Below are positions 12,499 through 26,577 of a stretch of DNA of 64,000 bases, piece by piece. This DNA comes from Phoronis australis. Its lineage: Eukaryota > Animalia > Phoronida. Below the pieces are notes generated by a model. The model was not told the DNA's origin. It worked only from the letters and a program-made list of their open reading frames with translations, and made no database searches. Within the stretch, counting starts at the first letter, position 1. Every line of letters begins with the position of its first letter. The stretch spans positions 96,067-160,066 of the forward strand of contig NMRA01000286.1 of NCBI GenBank assembly GCA_002633005.1, written 5' to 3'. Both the position numbers and the translations under genes were made by a program.

Positions 12499-12591
12499 GT
12501 GGTGCCTAAGCTGACTCCAGCAATAATGTCAGAGATTGATGGTGTGCTTGGCAACAAGCCGTTGTCACGGCGTGAAACTGCCAGCAGGTAG
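12499..12591 (+). CDS. KCNAB2: Kv-beta last coding exon
   Basis: caacag|GTG GTG CCT AAG...AGG TAG; VVPKLTPAIMSEIDGVLGNKPLSRRETASR*. Confidence 0.9.
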   Translation: MVPKLTPAIMSEIDGVLGNKPLSRRETASR

Positions 12592-15500
12592 AACTAATTT
12601 AAAGTTACTTTGAATTGGACAAACTCATTTTAGTTGATCTTTCATATTTTCGCCTGTTGGTAATTATTTGTTATTTAGTGATCAGTTAATTATTTTCTGT
12701 TGCATTTTTGTGAAGCATTCGTGAATGCAAAATGATTTTCATTTCAAAGTGGGAAAAATGAGCCAAGTTTATCTTAAACCAGTTTTTGTGATCATTGAAT
12801 GACGAAATGTTTAAAAATTTCACTATTTTCATTGTGTAGTACACTGTAATGACCTGTTCAGTAATGCTGTAAAACAAGAGGATAACACCAGGCCGGGTTG
12901 TGTTACTAATCTTGAAGTGTTTTGCAATATTCGTCTGAGCATAAATTTATTTGTTTGTGAATATGAAATATAGTCTGACTGTGGAAAAGGTAACGGAGAG
13001 CATGACGAGGGTTTGAAAACAGGAATATTAATGTCAATGGAATCCCTGTCCTTTGATTTCACTGTGCACTTTGCAGTTTTGCCAAATTTAAGACGGTTGG
13101 AAAATCAGCGTGTATGGACTCATTCATTCCCAAACTTCAAATCTTTGTTTGGTGGAAGTTCTGTAATGTTTTTTATGTCCTGCGGCACCTCTTTCCTTTT
13201 GGTTTGGTTTCAATTTATTTTTGCATTTGTGTTTGTTTGGCAGTTGCTGCAGTAACTATGTCAATGTGTTGTGGATACAGCCAATATCTGCGTCAAATCG
13301 TCATGTAGAAAAAGTTACGTTATGTGTTTTTATCAGATTTTCTGGTTTCAAACCGACAAGTGAGGAATTTTTTCACCAAAATGCTCTGCAGGTAACAGAG
13401 ATTGGCTGATATTTGAATTCATATCACTGCACTGTTCCCTATTGTATATGCATGCAAACTCAAGTATCCTGGGATTGTATATACAATGGATGTACTTGTA
13501 TGTACAGTGTGATATATGCGTTGTTTGTAGTACGTCCAAAGACAGCAGATGACAGGTCAGTTGAGGGTGACGTGCACGTCCACATTAAAATGCGTAACAT
13601 TTCATCGGTTGGCAGATCTAAAGCCTTATGGCAAAATAAGTAAAGTAATCGCACCAGGTACCATTTCCCATTATGACGTGTAATTTCACAAAAGTGACTG
13701 GCAATCAAATAGTGCTGCCATCTTTTAACTTTCTGATAAACTTCTCCTCATTCTTGGTCACAATGGATCACTAAGTGTGATGAAGATTTGCATTTACCTC
13801 TAGCTGTTATGAAGTGAAATCCCAGTTCATTTTGTCCCATTACGGTACGTATGGTGTGTGTTGCAGGGATACTTGGCATACATTGCTCAGCATTTTTTAA
13901 CAACTGGCTGCAACAAAAAATGGTATCAACTCTTCTGGCGGAGGGAACTGGGCCAGAACAATTTTTTTGTTTTAAGGACTTTAGATCTGCCAACAAGCTT
14001 ACGGTATATACTATAATAGAGTTGCTTCTTTAGTGAATTGCTAACTTAAACTAACGTGTGTTCTATTAAGTGTAACAGCTGGCTGACGAATGCAGTGGCT
14101 TTAAATGCTTCATGAGTTGCCTAAAGCAATGGGCATTGACACCCTATAGCTGTTGCTGGGGTCATTGTTTAACAATGTGTCATATGTCGGTCAAAATTGT
14201 GTGAATCTTTAAAAGTTACTGAGAGCCATAAATATCCCTCGAGTGTCATTTAAGAAAAGCAGTTTGATTTCTGTGTTGTTGTCTTCAAAAATATTAAGCA
14301 TCCTGCATACTTGACGAGTGTTATGAAAGTTAAAGCCGTGTGAATTTCCGAGTCATAATAGTTTGATTGAACTGTTATGGACTAGGAATCGTACATAGGA
14401 ATGAATATTGCTGGATGCCATCAGCTCTCGCTAATCCTAGTTTATAATATTATACAGATATTACTGGCCATTTTCTAAATCACCCTCCTGTGTCTTAGAA
14501 ATGGGCATAAAATCCTATCAGACCTTTACTCACCAGTTAGCTGTGTGTGAACTCCTGGTATGTTGACTTGCGCTTGTCTCTACTTCTAGTAACAACTCTA
14601 GGGTAACCGCACAAAATAAAAAGCATTAATCTCGGGGTGAGTTTCCACTTCTTAATCCACTACCACCTATCTCAGGTGGAACACGTCTTCACCTTACACA
14701 CAATTTTGATTGCACGGTGCTGGGTCTAGTTCATTGAGTGACGTTTCATCTAACACCTGAAGTGTGTTTCACTCAGTCAAAGCATCAGTTTTGATTACTA
14801 AAGAGCTGCTGACATCTTATACTATTTGAGATGTTGTCTGCTTATTTACTGAAAATGATTTTTTTGCATTTCAGAAATAATATTAAAAATACTTTAGTTT
14901 AGGGCACACTATATTATACCAGTGGAATGTGTTTTGCCTATTCTGAAACAAAATAACTCAATTTGCAAAATTAACATCAACACTGTTTGTGTGCTGTTGC
15001 CCAACAGCATGTGGTAAAGTGTTGAGCATTTATAGAATTGTGCCAAGCCTTTGAAAAATAGCAAAAATGCAACTCTAGGAAATGGATTGTGCCCCACATT
15101 GATGACTTTGCAGTAATTCTAGTATGTTTCCATGTTGCCCAAGTTGGCTCGTCTGACGTTGGCGCATTTGCAGTATGATCAATTTGAAAATGATGAAGTC
15201 TTTTTATCACATTTCTTAATTGAATGCCTATGTTTTGACTGAGGATTGAAACCACTTTATTCGTTAATTTTCACCAGATCACAGCGCTTCTAGTTTCAAT
15301 GAGTGGTGTTTCCTGTGCTTGTTTGATTCATCAATCTCTTCTCTGCTAGCTTTGCTCTTTAGTCCAACTTCATAGCATGTTTCTTCTCATGGCCAGCTGA
15401 ATGTTCTCGAGTAGGTGGAAAATTTTAGCTGCAGGGTGTCCAACTTTGGAAATGTTTTATAGCATCAAGTTTTGAAACAAGAAGGATAAAATCTTGTGGC

Positions 15501-15600
15501 GGTGATGGTGGACACCTTGAAATTAACTTGTATATTGTGTAGAAGGTGAGGCGAACGTTTCGCTGCTCCGAACGTTTGTTAATTTTCAACAAGAAGAGAT

Positions 15601-16007
15601 CTGGGCCCTGTCTCTAATCTTTGTACTCGAAACGAACTCGAAACTATTTTTGGCAATTTCTCTGCTCCTTTTGTGCGAACTTAAGATAATTGGTTTTCAG
15701 ACTGTGCTCGAATACGTTATAGTTTATGCATAGGAGTTTCTAGTTCAAGTTTGCCCTTGGAGACCCTTATATTCGTGCTACAAACTCGAGTAAAAACTCG
15801 AAATTTCGAGTTCAAACTCGAACTTATTGCTTTAATATTGGGTTTACAAACTGTGAACTAAAGGCAATAAATTATCTACGTAAGTTATTGAGTACTCGAG
15901 CATAGAATAATAGACACTTATCTTGATTTCGTCCAAAAGTAGAGTAGAAAATGCCAAACCTAATTTCGAGTTCCATTTCGAGTAAAAAGATTGGAGACCG
16001 GGCCCAG
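15601..16007. mobile_element. Palindromic MITE (PIF/Harbinger-like)
   Basis: ctgggccctgtctctaatctttgtactcgaaa / tttcgagtaaaaagattggagaccgggcccag inverted ends, with internal (a)ctcga repeats. Confidence 0.7.
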
Positions 16008-17337
16008 ATTAGTTTTACAAAGCTTTTGTAATTCACATTACGGCATTTTCCCGTTCAGTGACTTTACCATACGTAGGGGGTTGTGAGTTTGTGATAACAT
16101 CTAGGTTTTTTGTTAACTGTCAAGCACAGTCTTTTTTCTGGTATGACAGCAGGTAGGCCAATTATCTACCTGGCTTATTACAGACCACGTGTTAACACAG
16201 CCAAACCCAGAGCGAATTGGTACGTTCGGGAAGAAATTGTCGTAATTTCGGCTGTAGTTCGATGATTTTGGCGATTCAAAAACTAAACATGATCACCATT
16301 TGACGAGGATTTCATAAATGCTGTTGGTTCATGTTCAAATATGTTATAACTTAACTTTTATTTTTATCAGCTCATCCCAGTCAGGCTAGATAGTTACGAT
16401 CTTATTGCAGTTATCGAACAAGAGAGAGCTGGCCCTCCAACCATAAATGCCAGAATGGAGTTAATCAGTCATGTAAGATATTGGCTACAGGGGTCATCTT
16501 CCCAACTTTTTGTTAGGCTATAGAATCGAACAAGTTGGGAGCAACGGGAAAACGCCGTAATGAGTGGGTTGAAGTTACTGTGTCATAACCCTGTACTCTT
16601 CACAAAAGGTATAGTTCTGAAGCTGAGAGTACTTTTCAAGTCGAAGCAGCCAGCAAAAATTATGCTTACTGTAATCTTCTAGGTTTTTTCAACTGTGTGT
16701 TGTGTGCCACTTTTTTCAAATACATTTTGAGCCACGTTGTGTCGGTGTAGGTAAACCCTTAGGGTACCCAAGTTCCAAAAGCGAGCACAGTCAGAATTTC
16801 AGCAACTGCACATTGTTATTGTTATTGTTACTAGTACGTACTATGAAGTTTGAAAGTACACAATGTTTACAATATTATTATTACAGTAATGTTGTTACTA
16901 TCCAGTGTGAAGGTACACGTAGTGCGTCACTCATGTTAATGTCACTTAGTTTCAGAGTTTGTTGGTTGTAATGACACACTATAGACTGGTGTGCAATGTT
17001 TCTTCACAATGTAGCGCTGACAGAATAGAGTTTGGTAACCTTCCATTTATGGTAAAGTCTAACCAATTTGGGACACAAGTAATTGACTATGGTTGCGAAT
17101 GCTCAGAATTGAAAAAAAAATATTCTTTGATGTTACACTGTCGCTACGGTACAGAACTTGAAGCTTGCCAAGCAGTAATTTGGTGCAGCTATGTATCTTT
17201 TATGGAGAAAAGTAGAAAATAAAACTTCACTTGTCCGCTAGTGTCCTAATATGTGAGATTTTACTTGCCGTATTTAACATCTATGATACCTGTTGATGTG
17301 CAGATCTCATCACAATACTTTTCACATGATTAGCTTA

Positions 17338-17598
17338 TTCCTGGTTCACATGCAAGCTAAAATGCTAGCGACCTTTGACCTATCCTCACATCAGTCAATT
17401 TATGGCAGAAAGTGAATGTGTTTTGACATCCAATGTTTGATTAAAAATGACTCGGGTGTTAAGCAAACAAAATAACCGCTGGGGAAAGTTACCTCTTCAT
17501 GGGCAGCTCGTCTGTCTGGCTATAACAATAGCTTTTTCACCAGCATTTTAGCCATTGAAACTGCTAGCATTTTCACCTGTCATGTGAATCTAGGGCTA
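17338..17598. mobile_element. Degenerate MITE
   Basis: cctggttcacatgcaagctaaaatgctagc is mirrored by gctagcattttcacctgtcatgtgaatctagg. Confidence 0.45.
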
Positions 17599-20500
17599 TT
17601 AATCTCAGGATGATTGTTTTCTATGAAACTTTTGTAATGTTATGTAGAAGTCGGTATTTAATCAGACTTGGACCTCGGAGGTTTCCTTCATTATTAGCTT
17701 ATTATCGTTTTGTAGTTATTGGAATGTTTTCTTCACTGATAACCAGATTGTATCTTGTTCTCATCAGCTTGTGTTTTCAGTTTTAAGGCGTAAATGCCTG
17801 TATTAGAGAATTAACGGCTGAAAAATATGAAAATCATTTTGTCAAAGATCTTACGTCCAGCTGAAAGAAAAAATGATGTCGCTACTTGATTGTGAACGCT
17901 ACACTGTGTTTCTTTTGAAACAAAACAGTACAACGAACATAAATTATAGCCTGTATTCAAACTTGACAACCATTTTCAAAAGCCACCTTAAAGTGTGGCG
18001 TGCCAAGAAAACCAAGATATGATGGTCTTACCTAGGACAGGAGTACGTTTGATAAAATAGGCTTCACATTTTCAGTTGTAAAAGTGAATCCTAGTGCCCT
18101 AACTCGTGGTGTTCCAAATAATATCTTTTCCAATCCTAGGCACTGTTTTTGCAACATAAATAGATATGATGAAATAGTTGAATGACATATTGGTCACAAA
18201 TTAATACTTTAATTGATATCTCCAGATATTGCATGATTTAACTTAGCAAAGAAACCGCAAATTTACGAGACAGTGTACAATAAATTCTTAGCTGCATAGT
18301 CTGTATAATGTGATCCTTTACGAGATTCAGTTAAAACTTACTTAATCCACTAAGTATACAACAGAATTTTGACCACACATTCAGTAGAAGCGCCTGATTT
18401 TTCAAAAAAAAAATTTCAACCCACAATTGGTAACAAGAGACATCCATTTCCCTTCACTGCTGGTGTATGTGTAAACTTGATATGCTGATGCCTTTGTTCT
18501 TGCCTTGCAGGTGACAATCAGAGAGCCGGGTCTCTGTTCCGGCAGGGCCCGCCCCCCGCGTAGTCATGCGTCCACCTCCTCCTGGAGCCAGTGGGGCAGA
18601 CAACATGCAGGCGCCTCCTTGTGTAATTCAATGAAACCATTTGGCCGACGGTGACAACTCACATAGACTCTATTGGAACATTTCAATTCCTCCATTACAG
18701 GCAGGGTTGTAATGAAGCCGTTACTGTTAGTGATCAGTATGGTGCAGTGTACATGGTCAATGTAAACACTGTTTCAACTTGCTGCATTCACAAGAGCAAA
18801 TTTGCTATGAAACAACAAATTGGCTGAGTCAATGGTTATGATAATCGACCCCTAACCATGGGTCCTGAACACTTCACCTAAAACATTCCCCATGCATCTC
18901 AAGAACTCGCACAAAGACCCTCCCCCTGCACTATTTTTTTGTACACAATACTTGTGACAAAGAGTTCTTGTGAAGCGCTGTGTTTTGTGGAGAGTGGAAT
19001 GGGTTCTGATCTTGGTTAAGTGTTCTGTGGTTCCTGATAAGGGTGTTGTTAATAACTATCGCTAGCAATAACTGCCTTGTCATGGTCCCTGCCTTAAAGT
19101 CTAACGTTTACAGGATCAAGAAAGGAACAAAAAAGATACAAGTAGACAATGGCCGAACTGACCTGTCATGTAAAGGTTGGCCATTGTCGCTTGAATATGA
19201 CTCATGTCTGTCATTTGGCAAATCACACACATTGTAGTGTCAAAACATTCACTTTATACAGTCTCGAATCATGTCACACACACCTTTTTTTGAGAAAAAT
19301 AGATTTCAAAAAATCTTGTGTAAAGTCTTAAGTCTACATGTTATTTGAACTGTAGGTTAATCTGTGATACATGTCCAATGTGCATTGTTCACTTAAAAGT
19401 TGAAACAAGTTGTTTTCTGGCTGCTACAAGAAATAGCCACATAAATAGCATAGGATATTTGACCTGTGAATCGACTTGCTTAAGATCAGTGTGGCGTAGA
19501 ACAATCTGTGAAATTCTTTGCTCTTACCTCATGTGATTTTTGAAAATCATTTATAGATGCAAAGTCATGATATTTCTGTCAGGTATTTGTCAGAGCTACC
19601 TTTCACCATAAATTTTTGACATAATGTTGTACTTTACACATTAATTTTCAAGTTGGTTGGTTGAGATATACTTTAACTATAGGCTTACACCAATGATATA
19701 GTTTAGTGTTTTATGAAAACATGTTCAAGGTATTAGCAATAATCTATATCGAGGAGGACATTTTAGAGATACATCATTTTGTTATAGGCCTTTCTGTCAG
19801 CAATATGTAATTGAATGTTATACTTAATGTGTCAATATTTTGAGCATACTTATAAACAGCCTGGTCCACATAGTGCTGATAGTCACAGTTCCAGCCTTTT
19901 CACTTGTCTGGTTCCCGCAGGTGTTGCATAATAAAATAGTTCTATGACTAACCCAAGATATAGTAGGTGGCGCTAGTATGACAATAGTGTCATACCCATT
20001 GAAATTCATACATTCAGTAAGTCCTGCGGAACCTTTAGCCCACAGATGTCTACATACTGGTGTATTGTTTTCTGCACTCCATCTTTTCAGATATTTAAAA
20101 GGCGGGCCTTCATTGATTAATGAATACTGTACAATCTCACCAATTCTGGACAAAATAATTGCCAAAACTGGCCTTTTTCATTTCCCATGGTCTTCTGACA
20201 TTGTTGCGACTGCCACAACATTGTCATATGGTTGTTTTGCTACTAATCTTGAAGATAACAAAGCATTATGCTGGTGGTACTTAGGTACTCGGGAAATAAA
20301 GATTCAGCATACTGCCATATTCTGTGGTGACATTTTATCGTATCAAGTCGCCTATTGCCTGCCAATATGGTAATGCGTTGCTGCAACACATTGTGTTCTG
20401 GTACTCTTACATAGTGAACTTTCATCTGCTACATTGACGAAAAAGCTACGATTGTGACTCTGATGATATGTTGACCAGGCTTTTAGTCAGTCTCTCTCAT

Positions 20501-21060
20501 TGATAAGTGATGCGTTGTCAGAACGGGAATCGGCTCTCTGATTGATTTTGTTGAACACAGATTACCTGTGTTGCAGTGTTATGTTGAAACTATTCTGTTT
20601 AGTGTTTCCTGGAAGTTACCAGGGATTATAATTGTTGATTAGACAAGGTGTTGGTATTTTGGTATTTTTTCTTTGTTTAACTATTTAACCCAAGGCTGCC
20701 AAGGCAATTTAACCAAATGTCATGTGCTGTGGCATCCTTTGCATACATTACAGAAAAAATAAACTGACTGGAATATAACCGTATGATTTTAGACTCTTAA
20801 AGCACCAGTTTATTGTATAGCTTCGGTTTTTTTTGTTTGTTTGTTTTTTTAGAAGTCTCTGAACACACAAGTCTTCCATAAAAGACTGGTTTCTAGCTTT
20901 GATCCTCAAAAGTTTGTAACCACATGGTGTGTTCCGACATCTAGTTTATGGTTATTTTTTAATTTGAATGTGTAGATATTTGTGGTACAATGTTTTGTGT
21001 GACAAAAAGGAGATTAAGTTAAATGCACATGAGTGTTTTGATCATTGGTATACTGGAAAG

Positions 21061-21165
21061 GGCTGTCTTGTGTACAAAGGCAGACGTCTTGTGTACAGTG
21101 GCAGACATCTTTGTGTACAAACTAGGCAAATGTCTTTGTGTACCAAGGCAAGCATCTTGTGTATG
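21061..21165 (+). repeat. Degenerate ~21-24-bp minisatellite (about 5 units)
   Basis: Recurring ggcaga.rtct(t)tgtgtaca unit. Confidence 0.6.
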
Positions 21166-22462
21166 GAACGAAGTCAATGTTCATGGAGCAGGGTGTTGCA
21201 AAATATGAATGTAACCTAAAATTGCACAATCAATGTCATCTATTTTTCATTCTACGGGTAGAGGGCACATATATTGTTAATAAAACTGAGAGAATTCATT
21301 GAACCATGTATGGTGATATTTCACTAGTTAAGTAGAAAAACAAATATAGTCAAACTTGTCATTTGTCCATGGTTCAATGGCTGGAAATAGTAGAGACAGT
21401 ACACTCCAAGCTACTGATGGACTGAAATTTTCTTAGAAGTTGTTGTTGAGAAACTTGCCAAAATATAATTTCTCTTGCTTTCAATAATGTGTGCTAAACG
21501 AGTGAAGTATTGCCATACATTTTTGTGTAAGTGAGGCGAGTCATTTTGAACCGCCGTATGCTGGCTGTGTGTAATTCCATGTAGATCATATCATGGCTTG
21601 CATGTCTGACCATCTCAAAGCAAATTGTGATATATTTATTGGGAGAGGAATTTTTAGCGTGTGGTAGACTTGTTACAATTTTTCTTTCTTTGTTCACATT
21701 GTAAATATACGAGTTTATAGCAAGTTTCTATTGTCTATTGCCACTTAGGGCAGCGAAAGTTTTTCCACATAAAACGATTTCAAAAATACTGATCCCTGTG
21801 ATTTTTCAAAGAACGTAAAAAGTACATTATTTATGGTTCTCGGCAAAAGCTTCACTCTACATTGTGTCCAGATGAGCAAATCATGCCCTCCCCAAATATG
21901 TAACCAAAGAGAAGCCCAGTAAAATTTTAAGTGAGTTACTTGTTCTTGTACGTTCAAACTACCGGTAATTATTTTCTCATGAACATTTGAACTGTGTTGA
22001 AGCGATAAATATGGTGATTTCATATAGTTTAGTACAATATTTTGACTCTTTAAACAGTCAAAATTAAGATGTCCAAAATTAAATCCAATATATGCAACAG
22101 TAATTAGGCAACATTTACGTAGCACTTAAAGTTACTATTATTATTATTACCAAGTTATTTATCTGGCAAATATTGATATTTCTCCACTCCCCACGACCAT
22201 ACAATGGGTACAACCATTGTCGATGCTTACCGATTAATCCACTTCATGTCTTGTAAAAGTTAGAAGTGCTAAAATGCCCTGTGGTTAAATTAATGGAATG
22301 GGAAAAATACAAGGACTAATGCAAAATTTGTGAAAATGTGGTATGTCTGTGGATTTATATTCCTATTTGCGGGTCCTAATCGTGTCATAATAGTGGCAGA
22401 CAAGCCATCACTAAACATCCATGCAGTTCTCTTCGATACAAACCTAGGACTGACATAATATG

Positions 22463-22578
22463 CAGGGGCGGATCCAGGATTTTTTAAATGGGGCCCAAGT
22501 CAACAATTTGAAAATCCCAGGTTCTATCACTGAAATCAATGAAAAAATGGGGGTCTGGACCCCCTGGATCCACCTATG
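22463..22578. mobile_element. Short GGCGGAT-type MITE (5-bp TSD family)
   Basis: caggggcggatccagg ... cctggatccacctatg; flanks atatg/atata. Confidence 0.55.
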
Positions 22579-24722
22579 ATATAGAATTTCTGGCATCCCT
22601 AGAATATTCAAAAATGCCACTGTTGACCACACGCATGTTTTGTAAATGAAAGACACATTCTTGGTCTATTCAGTGGACTGTTCAGTGCACATGTTTGAGA
22701 CGTGTCGATGGAATGGCAAGAGAGAACAGCGTGAATTATACAAGCTGGTAAGAGGACTAATTCTAGATTTTTACTCGAGGAGTTAAGCACTTTGGGCAAC
22801 AAAGCTAACATGCACCAGTGAAACATACAGTTGCTCACTACATAATACTAAAACAAGCGGAATTTTTGTCATAACAAAAATGTCTAACTCGTGTTAGTCG
22901 CTTTCCTTTTTCAAAACTAAAAATCTCCCAAGCTTCATTGTCTCAAACTGTTTTTGTCAGATTTTCCCTAGATGTGATTTTCATAACTTGAAGTTAAAAT
23001 GGAGGGCATGTGATAACGTGACATAAAATTATTTTGTTCCAAAAATGCAAAATGACCCCAGGAAACAAGCCCAACTGTAGATTATCACAATGGGAAAACG
23101 GACTTTGAAAGACAACAGTCAAACTGCATTTTCCAGCACACCTGTTCTATTACATTTGTTGCCATACCACAAGTCCCAAGCCAACTGTATTGCATAGTTT
23201 GATTCGCATACAGCGGACTTAGGTTACAACAAAACTGTTAAAAACATCCCGTGGAGGTTTATTGCAATGTGGTTTGACTAATGGATTCACCGTAAAATAA
23301 ACCAGCGTGTGATGAATAAAGTTCTAAAAATATTCATTGAAATCAACAAGCTTTAAATAAATACAATACACAAAGACGTACAAAAAAACGTTAAAAATTA
23401 GTTCACTCAACAAACAAAAGACAAAGGAAGTACACCAATAACTGCAAATGAAAAAATCACATTTTTTCAAAAGGCAACATTAATAAGACAACTTTAAAGT
23501 TAGACTAACAGCTCAGAGCAAGCGCTGGTGTCTTATTTGCAGTCTTGCTTAGTACTTGACATAACATTAATCTGAGAAATGCAAATATTCTGACCCATCA
23601 TGTCCACAACCTAACCACAAAGTACATTTAAAAATAAGCTTCTCATGGTAAGTAGTCGGCTGTAGTCACTAGCTCCGCTGACTGATTTCTGACTGGACAA
23701 TATGACAGCAGATCAGATGTGTGACCAGCCGTCATGTGAGAAATTTGTAAGGTGGTGAATAGGACGTTTTACCTGCCTTCTACTTGGACGGAATATGAGC
23801 ACTATTATGATCTCCAATCTATACCTGATATTTTGTACAATTCTGACAAACAGACATTTCTTTCATATTCACTAGATATAAACCTGGAACCATGGTCTAA
23901 TTTTTCAACACCATTTAGACTCAAACAACACTGCCAACTATGTAGCATTATTTGAATAAAAATTTAGTACTCAAATCATGCCATGGAATTAGTCAATTTT
24001 CCAGCATAGAGATTAAACAGTGGGCCCAGGTTATTCAACAAGTCAAAATAAGTCTCAAACCATAACATAATATAGAAACCGATTTCAATCATCCAGGACA
24101 TTGCCGATTAAGAAGAACAACAAAAACCCATCAACTTTGATTTGTTTGGCCAGCCCTCCCAAGTTTGAAAGCCTCATATCAATCATTAATGACCTTCCAA
24201 TCACTTTTGATGGTTAAAATCAATGCTGTCACTACAATAAAGAGTATGAGCCCAGTTAGTAGGAATTATCCCCGTTTTGTGATTTAATGTTCTGGGCAAA
24301 GAGTAAGGCAGTTATGCCACTTTGAATATAATTCACCTGAAATACCAAACGTATATGAACTATTATCGTGGTCATAGCTTTGTTATATCAGTCAATTTAA
24401 CTAATTCATGCTTGGTTTATAACACTTACTCAATTAAAATGTTCAACTTCACAAGTCCCTAGCCAACTGTGCAAGTAAAATTGGATACATTAAACTTCAG
24501 TTCCAGAGAATGTTTTAAAGAAGTCACATGAGGCTTGTTGTAACATAGTTCGGCTGTACCACCAAATGAATCTCCAGAGATCTAGTGAGTAAACAGACTG
24601 CTTCCGATTCGTGCAGAACCCTTTGAGAGATGTGGCTCAAAATCTGCGTCTTCTGACCTAACACAGTTCAAAACTAGTCTCCAACACTGAATCAGTGCAT
24701 TTTACCATAATAAACCATAATG

Positions 24723-24835
24723 CATTGAATACACAGTGGAACCAGGTCAACCAGCGACTCATTGAACACGCAGTGTAACCAGGTCAACCAGCGACTCATT
24801 GAATAAACACTGTGTAACCAGGTCAACCAGCAACT
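24723..24835. repeat. 37-39-bp tandem repeat x3 in the PIH1D1 3' region
   Basis: cattgaa...cagtgtaaccaggtcaaccagcgact repeated three times head-to-tail. Confidence 0.85.
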
Positions 24836-24925
24836 CCTGGTGAAGCTGAAGGCAGCAAACTTCCTGCTTGTTCAATCGTCTACCATCACCTTTACGCACA
24901 ATGGTGGTCATCATTATCAATGTTG

Positions 24926-24961
24926 TCATGACTGCTGCACAGGCATTGTGATAGTCAGAAT
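24926..24961 (-). CDS. PIH1D1: PIH1 domain-containing protein 1, last coding exon
   Basis: ttccag|ATT CTG ACT ATC ACA ATG CCT GTG CAG CAG TCA TGA; ILTITMPVQQS*, the final strand of the CS domain. Confidence 0.8.
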   Translation of the reverse strand: MLTITMPVQQS

Positions 24962-25624
24962 CTGGAACATTACAAGCATGGAGCTGTCAACACAGTCAAG
25001 CAATCACAACATCGAATGTTTTGACACATTTTCCTTCGTATTTTATTGAAAACATTACGGACTGTTGTAAATTCTTCACTGAAATAAACCCTTGACTTTA
25101 AGGAAGTATTGTGTCACCGCAAACCATATTTATATTTTGACTGGTATTTATGTTTTTACTGGTGTTGGAAGACAACTATGAAACATTCGGACACCAGATT
25201 GCCACAAGCGGCACACTATCAATGGTAAACTGATAAACCATGTAATGTCTGCGGCACATTGTCACCAAATTGCAGCTTGTGTATTTTGATATATTTGCCA
25301 CTAGAACAAGTCTGCTCTGTTTCTAATAAAATTAGTCATACAAGGGCAAAGCGGAGCATTGATATGTGCCTAACGTGTGTATCACATATAGCACAGATAC
25401 AAGGGATGATAACTGTTTCAAACATTCCCACTAAAGGAAGCAATGTTAGTAAACTTAAAATAGCCTCTAGGGAGTGCACAGCAAATCATCAATGCTCTTC
25501 TCAATAGGAACACACTTGCCACAGTAGTCAAATCATTGTAAGCCACGCTACTAATAAGAACACACAATTATACCAATTTTCATATTATCGACTTGGGAGT
25601 GGTTGGCTGATAGGGAGGTGGATG

Positions 25625-25968
25625 CCAAAAACAGACTCAAAAATAATAAAAACGAACACTAGGAGGCGCAAAATATGCCAAATCGATCCAAAAACGGAAA
25701 GGTGGTGTCGTCTTCCTAATAAATTTCTATTTGACAAATTTCATGAAAATCTGTTTGGGGTAAACGTAAAAAATTGGCACTACAGAGCACACGGGTAGTC
25801 AGATCCGTATGAAAATTCGCTCACACCCTCCCAGCAATAACAGGAACATATTATCTGCAATATTTCAAGAATACATAGATAGTGGTTTTTGAGACACAGA
25901 ACCGGACACCAGACACCGAACGGACAGGGATAATGGCATAATGCACATAAACATGTGAGTGCATAAGA
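25625..25968 (-). mobile_element. Truncated, diverged HINE-like copy
   Basis: cactaggaggcgcaaaat...ccggacaccagacaccgaacggac...ggcataatgcac is the reverse of the 5' part of 7949-9428. Confidence 0.55.
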
Positions 25969-26433
25969 ATGAAACTGTTACAGTAGGGGGTTGACAGTTC
26001 ATTCAGACGTTTCCAATGTGGAGGAAGATATGAGGATCGTTTTTAACGTTTTACGTGACCATTTACCTTGGAGAGCTTGGGGATGATCTAAAACAAGGCT
26101 ATAAAGACCAAGACTTAACCGGACATTGAATGGAAAACACAGGAATGCAAATTGACATCATTTATTTCTCAGATTTTGCCTCAAGTAAGATTTTAGAAAA
26201 CGTCAAATTTTTAGGTTCGACCAATTTTAGGTCCATCCAATTTCTAGGTGCACTTTCTGCAAGTATTCTGTGCCTCAGATCAGTTCACAGAAGATCAAGT
26301 TGATTACAGTAATGTTACAAATCAGTAACGAAGCATCATAATCAAGTGAAATACTAGTGAAATGGAGACTGCACTGAAAATAACTGGACACAGTCGACTC
26401 CTACGCAGAAAAAGCTACAGAAAGACAACTGAC

Positions 26434-26577
26434 CTTGTTAGCCTTGTTGAATTGTGAGCCACAGTCTTCCTGTATTATGTTAAAAGGCAGATAAATGTCC
26501 AGGTAATAGACATTCGACCTGGTCTTCAGCAGAATCCGATCTTCACCCAAGTCTAATGTAAGCGTTTTGGCACTTTT
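26434..26577 (-). CDS. PIH1D1: PIH1D1 exon 8, second copy (probably an assembly or haplotype duplicate)
   Basis: Same 144-nt exon as 27125-27268, encoding an identical peptide. Confidence 0.5.

Noticed and set aside
24723-24835. CRISPR-like ~37-bp repeats
   Set aside because: Units are head-to-tail without unique spacers, there are no cas genes, and the context is eukaryotic
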